A stretch of DNA of 64,000 nt, from contig OZ024740.1 of assembly GCA_964016885.1 (NCBI GenBank), positions 442,494,001 through 442,558,000 on the forward strand. Reading direction: 5' to 3'. The notes below the pieces were generated by a model, which did not search any database, had not been told where the DNA came from, and was given only the letters and a program-made list of their open reading frames with translations. This document shows, one piece after another, positions 57,901-64,000 of the stretch (position 1 is the stretch's first letter; each line of letters starts with the position of its first letter). The position numbers and the translations under genes are program-made. Source of the stretch: Eledone cirrhosa. Its lineage: Eukaryota.

Positions 57901-60900
57901 GAGTATAGTGTAGGTGAGTGTAGCAATATAGTGTAAGTGAGTGTAGGAGTATAGTGTAGTTGAGTGTAAGAATATAGTGAAGGTGGGTGTAGGACTATGG
58001 TGTAGGTGAGTGTAGTAGTACAGTGGAGGTGAGTATAGGAGTATAGTGTAGGTCAGTGTAGGAATATAGCGTAGGTGGGTGTAGGACTATAGTGTAGGTG
58101 AGTCTAGGAGTATAGTGGAGGTGAGTATAGGAGTATATTGTAGGTGAGTGTAGGAATATAGTGTAGGTGATTGTAGGAGTATAGTGTAGTTGAGTGTAGG
58201 AGTATAGTGTAGGTGAGTGTAGGAGTTTAGTGTAGGTGAGTGTAGGAGTATAGTGTAGGTGAGTGTAGGAGTTTAGTGTAGGTGAGTGTAGGAGTTTAGT
58301 GTAGGTGAGTGTAGGAGTATGATGTAGGTGAGTGTACGAGTTTAGTGTAGGTGAGTGTAGGAGTATAGTGTAGGTGAGTGTAAGAGTATAGTGTAGGTGA
58401 GTGTAGGTGTATAGTGTAGGGGAGTTTCGGAGTATAGTGCAGGTGAGTGTAGGAGTATAGTGTAGGTGAGTGTAGGAATATACTCTAGGTGAGTGTAGGA
58501 GTATAGAGTAGGTGAGTGTAGGAGTATAGTGTAGGTGGGTGTAGGAGTATAGTGTAGGTGGGTGTAGGAGAATATATTGTAGGTGAGTGTAGGAGTATAC
58601 TGTAGGTGAGTGTTGGAGTATAGTGTAGGTGAGTGTAGGAGTTTAGTGTAGGTGAGTGTAGGAATATAGTGTATGTGAGTGTAGGAGTATAGAGATAGTT
58701 GAGTGTATGAATATGGTGTAGGTGGGTGTAGGACTATAGTGTAGGTAAGTGTAGTAGTATAGTGGAGGTGAGTATATGAGTATAGTGTAGATGAGTGTAG
58801 GAATATAGTGTAGGTGGGTGTAGGACTGTAGTGTAAGTGAGTGTAGGAGTTTAGTGTAGGTGAGTGTAGGAATATAGTGTAGGTGAGTGTAGGAATATAG
58901 TGTAGGTGAGTGTAGGAGTTTAGTGTAGGTGAGTGTAGGAATATAGTGTAGGTGAGTGTAGGAATATAGTGTAGGTGATTGTAGGAGTATAGTGTAGGTG
59001 AGTGTAGGAGTATAGTGTAGGTGAGTGTAGGAGTTTAGTGTAGGTGAGTGTAGGAGTATAGTGTAGGTGAGTGTAGGAATATAGTGTAGGTGAGTGTAGG
59101 AATATAGTGTAGGTAATTGTAGGAGTATAGTGTAGGTGAGTGTAGGAGTATAGTCTAGGTGAGTTTAGGAGTTTAGTGTAGGTGAGTGTAGGAGTATAGT
59201 GTAGTTGAGTGTAGGAATATAGTGTAGGTGAGTGTAGGAGTATAGTGTAGGTGAGTGTAGGCGTATAGTGTAGGTGAGTGTAGGAGTATAGTGTAGGTAA
59301 GTGTAGGAGTATAGTGTAGGTGAGTATAGGAGTTTAGTGTAGGTGAGTGTAGGAGTTTAGTGTAGGTGAGTGTAGCAGTATACTATAGGTGAGTGTAGGA
59401 GTTTAGTGTAGGTGAGTGTTGGAGTATACTGTATGTGAGTGTAGGAGTTTAGTGTAGGTGAGTGTAGGAATATAGTGGATTAGGTGAGTGTAGGAGTATA
59501 GTGTAGGTGAATGTAGGAGTATAGTGTAGGTGAGTGTAGCAATATAGTGTAGGTGAGTGTAGGAGTATAGTGTAGGTGATTCTAGGAGTGTAGTTTAGTT
59601 GAGTGTAGGAGTATCTTGTAGGTGAGTGTAGGAGTATAGTGTAGGTGAGTGTAAGAGTATAGTGTAGGTGAGTTTAGGAGTATAGTGCAGGTGAGTGTAG
59701 GAGTATAGTGTAGGTGAGTGTAGGAGAATACTGTAGTTGAGTGTAGGAGTATAGTGTAGGTGAGTGTAGGAGTATAGTGTAGGTGAGTGTAGAAGTATAG
59801 TGTAGGTGAGTATAGGAGTATACTGTAGGTGAATGTGGGAGTATAGTGTAGGTGAGTGTAGGAGTATAGTGTAGGTGAGTTTAGGAATATAGTGTAGGTG
59901 AGTGTAGGAGTATACTGTAGGTGAGTGTAGGAGTATAGTGTAGGTGGGTGTAGGTGAGTTTAGGAGTATAGTGCAGGTGAGTGTAGGTGTATAGTTTAGG
60001 TGAGTGTAGGAGTATAGTGCAGGTGAGTGTAGGTGTATAGTGTAGGTGAGTGTAGGAGTATAGTGTAGGTGAGTGTAGGAGTATAGTGTAGGTGAGTATA
60101 GGAGTATACTGTAGGTGAATGTGGGAGTATAGTGTAGGTGAGTGTAGGAGTATAGTGTAAGTGAGTGTAGGAGTATACTGTAGGTGAGTGTAGGAATATA
60201 GTGTATGTGAGTGTAGGAATATATTCTAGGTGATTGTTGGTGTATAGTTCAGGTGAGTGTAGGAGTATAGTGTAGGTGAGTGTAGGAGTTTAGTGTAGGT
60301 GTGTGTAGGAGTATAGTGTAGATGTGTGTAGCAGTTTAGTGTAGGTGCGTGTAGGAGTATAGTGTAGGTGAGTGTACGAGTATAGTGTAGGTGAGTGTAG
60401 GAGTATAGTGTAGGTGAGTGTAGAAGTATACTGTAAGTGAGTGTATGAGTATAGTGTAGGTGGGTGTAGGAGTATAGTGTAGGTGAGTGTAAGAGTAAAG
60501 TGTAGGTGAGTGAAGGAATATAGTGTAGGAGTATAGTGTAGGTGGGTGTAGGAGTATAGTGTAGGTGGGTGTAGGAGTTTATTGTAGGTGGGTGTAGGAG
60601 TATATTGTAGGTGAGTGTAGGAGTATAGTGGAGGTGAGTATAGGAGTATAGTGTAGAGTAGTGTAGGAATATAGTGTAGGTGAGTGTAGGCGTATAGTCT
60701 AGGTGAGTGTAGGAGTTTAGTGTAGGTGAGTGTAGGAGTATAGTGTAGGTGAGTGTAGGAATATAGTGTAGGTGAGTGTAGGAGTATAGTGTAGGTGAGT
60801 GTAGGAGTATAGTGTAGGTGAGTGTAGGAGTTTAGTGTAGGTGAGTGTAGGAGTTTAGTGTAGGTGAGTGTAGGAGATTAGTGTAGGTGAGTTTAGGAAT

Positions 60901-63900
60901 ATAGTGCAGGTGAGTGTAGGAGTATAGTGTAGGTGAGTGTAGGAATATAGTGTAGGTGAGTGTAGGAGTATAGTGGAGGTGAGTGTAGGAGTATAGTGTA
61001 GGTGAGTGTAGGAAATAGTGTAGGTGAGTGTAAGAGTATAGTGTAGGTGAGTGTAGGAGTATAGTGTAGGTGAGTATAGGAGTATAGTGTAGGTGAGTGT
61101 AGGAGTAGAGTGTAGGTGAGTGTAGCAGTTTAGTTTAGGTGAGTGTAGGAGTTTAGTGTAGGTGAGTGTAGGAGTATACTGTAGGTGAGTGTAGGAGTTT
61201 AGTGTAGATGAGTGTAGGAATATAGTGTAGGTGAATGTAGGAGTATAGTGTAGGTGAGTGTAGCAATATAGTGTAGGTGAGTGTAGGAGTATAGTGTAGG
61301 TGGGTCTAGGAGTATTGGTTAGTTGAGTGTAGGAGTATCTTGTAGGTGAGTGTAGGAGTATAGTGTAGTTGAGTGTAAGAGTATAGTGTAGGTGAGTGTA
61401 GGTGTATAGTGTAGGTGAGTTTACGAGTATAGTGCAGGTGAGTGTAGGAGTATAGTTTACGTTTCAGTCTAGGAGTATAATTTAGGTTAGTTTAGGACTA
61501 TCCTTCTAGGTGAGTGTAGAAGTATAGAGTAGGTGAGTTTAGGAATATAGTGTAGGTGAGTGCAGGAGTATACTGTAGGTGAGTGTAGGAGTATCGTTTA
61601 TGTGAGTGTAGGTGTATAGTGTAGGTGAGTTTAGGAGTATAGTGCAGGTGAGTGTAGGTGTATAGTTTAGGTGAGTGTAGGAGTATAGTGCAGGTGAGTG
61701 TAGGTGTATTGTGTAGGTGAGTGTAGGAGTATAGTGTAGATGAGTGTAGAAGTATAGTGTAGGCGAGTATAGGAGTATAGTGTAGGTGAATGTAGGAGTA
61801 TAGAGTAGGTGAGTGTAGAGGTATAGTGTAGGTGAGTGTAGGAGTATAGTGTAGGTGAGTGTAGGAGTATACTGTAGGTGAGTGTAGGAATATAGTGTAG
61901 GTGAGTGTAACGAGTTTCGTGTAGGTGAGTGAAGGAGTATAGTGTAGGTGAGTGTAGGAATATATTCTAGGTGATCGTTGCAGTATAGTTTAGGTGACTG
62001 TAGGAGTATAGTGTAGGTGAGTGAAGGAATATAGTGAAGGTGAGTGTAGGAATATGGTGTAGGTGAGAGTAGAAGTATACTGTAAGTGAGTTTATGAGTA
62101 TAGTGTAGGTGAGTGTAGGAGTATGGTGTAGATGAGTGTAGGGCTATATTGTAGGTGAGTGTAGGAGTATCGTGTTGGTGCGTGTAGGATTATAGTGTAG
62201 CTGAGTGTAGCAGTATAGTTTAGGTGGGTGTAGGAGTATTATGTAGGTGAGTGTAAGAGTATAGAGTAGGTGAGTGAAGGAATATAGTGTAGGTGAGTAG
62301 GAGTATAGCGTAGGTGAGTGTAGGAGTATAGTGTAGGAATATACTGTAGGTGAGTGTAGGAGTATAGCGTAGGTGAGTGTAGGAGTATAGTGTAGGTGAG
62401 TATAGGAGTATATTGTAGGTGAGTGTAGGCTATATTGTAAGTGAGTGTAGGATTATCGTGTTGGTGCGTGTAGGATTATAGTGTAGCTGAGTGTAGAGGT
62501 ATAGATTAGGTGAGTGTAGGAGTATAGTGTGGGTGAGTGTAGGAGTATAGTGTAGGTGAGTGTAGGAGTATAGTGTAGGTGAGTGAAGAAATATAGTGTA
62601 GGAGTATAGTGTAGGTGAGTGTAGGAGTACAGTGTAGGTGAGTTGGAGTATAGTGTAGGTGAGTGTAGGAGTATAGTGTAGGTGAGTGTAGGAATATACT
62701 GTAGGTGACTGTAGGAGTATAGAGTAGGTGAGTGTAGGAGTATAATGTAGGTGGGTGTAGGAGTATAGTGTAGGTGGGTGTAGGAGTATATTGTATGTGA
62801 GTGTAGGAATATACTGTAGGTGAGTGTTGGAGTATAGTGTAGGTGAGTGTAGCAGTTTAGTGTAGGTGAGTGTAGGAGTATAGTGGATTAGGTGAGTGTA
62901 GGAGTATAGTGTAGGTGAATGTAGGAGTATAGTGTAGGTGAGTGTAGCAATATAGTGTAGGTGAGTGTAGGAGTATAGTGTAGGTGATTCTAGGAGTGTA
63001 GTTTAGTTGAGTGTAGGAGTATCTTGTAGGTGAGTGTAGGAGTATAGTGTAGGTGAGTGTAAGAGTATAGTGTAGGTGAGTTTAGGAGTATAGTGCAGGT
63101 GAGTGTAGGAGTATAGTGTAGGTGAGTGTAGGAGAATACTGTAGTTGAGTGTAGGAGTATAGTGTAGGTGAGTGTAGGAGTATAGTGTAGGTGAGTGTAG
63201 AAGTATAGTGTAGGTGAGTATAGGAGTATACTGTAGGTGAATGTGGGAGTATAGTGTAGGTGAGTGTAGGAGTATAGTGTAGGTGAGTTTAGGAATATAG
63301 TGTAGGTGAGTGTAGGAGTATACTGTAGGTGAGTGTAGGAGTATAGTGTAGGTGGGTGTAGGTGAGTTTAGGAGTATAGTGCAGGTGAGTGTAGGTGTAT
63401 AGTTTAGGTGAGTGTAGGAGTATAGTGCAGGTGAGTGTAGGTGTATAGTGTAGGTGAGTGTAGGAGTATAGTGTAGGTGAGTGTAGGAGTATAGTGTAGG
63501 TGAGTGTAGGAGTATAGTGTAGGTGAGTGTAGAAGTATAGTGTAGGTGAGTATAGGAGTATACTGTAGGTGAATGTGGGAGTATAGTGTAGGTGAGTGTA
63601 GGAGTATAGTGTAAGTGAGTGTAGGAGTATACTGTAGGTGAGTGTAGGAATATAGTGTATGTGAGTGTAGGAATATATTCTAGGTGATTGTTGGTGTATA
63701 GTTCAGGTGAGTGTAGGAGTATAGTGTAGGTGAGTGTAGGAGTTTAGTGTAGGTGTGTGTAGGAGTATAGTGTAGATGTGTGTAGCAGTTTAGTGTAGGT
63801 GCGTGTAGGAGTATAGTGTAGGTGAGTGTACGAGTATAGTGTAGGTGAGTGTAGGAGTATAGTGTAGGTGAGTGTAGAAGTATACTGTAAGTGAGTGTAT

Positions 63901-64000
63901 GAGTATAGTGTAGGTGGGTGTAGGAGTATAGTGTAGGTGAGTGTAAGAGTAAAGTGTAGGTGAGTGAAGGAATATAGTGTAGGAGTATATTGTAGGTGGG
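44862..64000 (+). repeat. Satellite B, right block: 23-bp tandem repeat, G-rich strand on +, open at the right window edge
   Basis: The same monomer as 32244-41887 continues uninterrupted to 64000. Confidence 0.98.

Noticed and set aside
32244-64000. Bona fide telomerase-synthesised telomere tract, such as yeast-type 23-bp repeats
   Set aside because: The array is over 31 kb, heterogeneous, contains kilobase duplications and an internal inversion, and matches no telomerase repeat I recognise. It is kept only as telomere-like.

Overview
The window is entirely tandem satellite DNA, most likely eukaryotic heterochromatin, although the organism cannot be determined from the sequence. I found no credible gene, RNA gene, transposon or CRISPR array. 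Positions 1-~32246 hold about 975 copies of an AT-rich 33-bp monomer (GAACAAGTCATCATGTTGCTACAT[A/C]AATGTAAT). It is organised into variant-defined higher-order repeats of ~3.4 kb (103-105 monomers) and 1769 bp (54 monomers), plus a ~4.3-kb block repeated ~8.1 kb downstream. At 32244-32246 it joins, with no spacer, a second array running to the window end. This array has ~1380 copies of a C-free, G/T-rich 23-bp monomer (AGTGTAGGTG+AGTGTAGGAGTAT). The most informative structure is a ~2.97-kb strand-inverted segment at 41888-44861. It is not a simple inversion: it replaces exactly one 23-bp monomer, is an inverted copy of its own flanks (964-bp, 78-bp and 42-bp matches), and has a perfect 11-bp hairpin at its right junction, as expected of a template-switch/fold-back event. 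All ORFs in the track are by-products of repeat periodicity.
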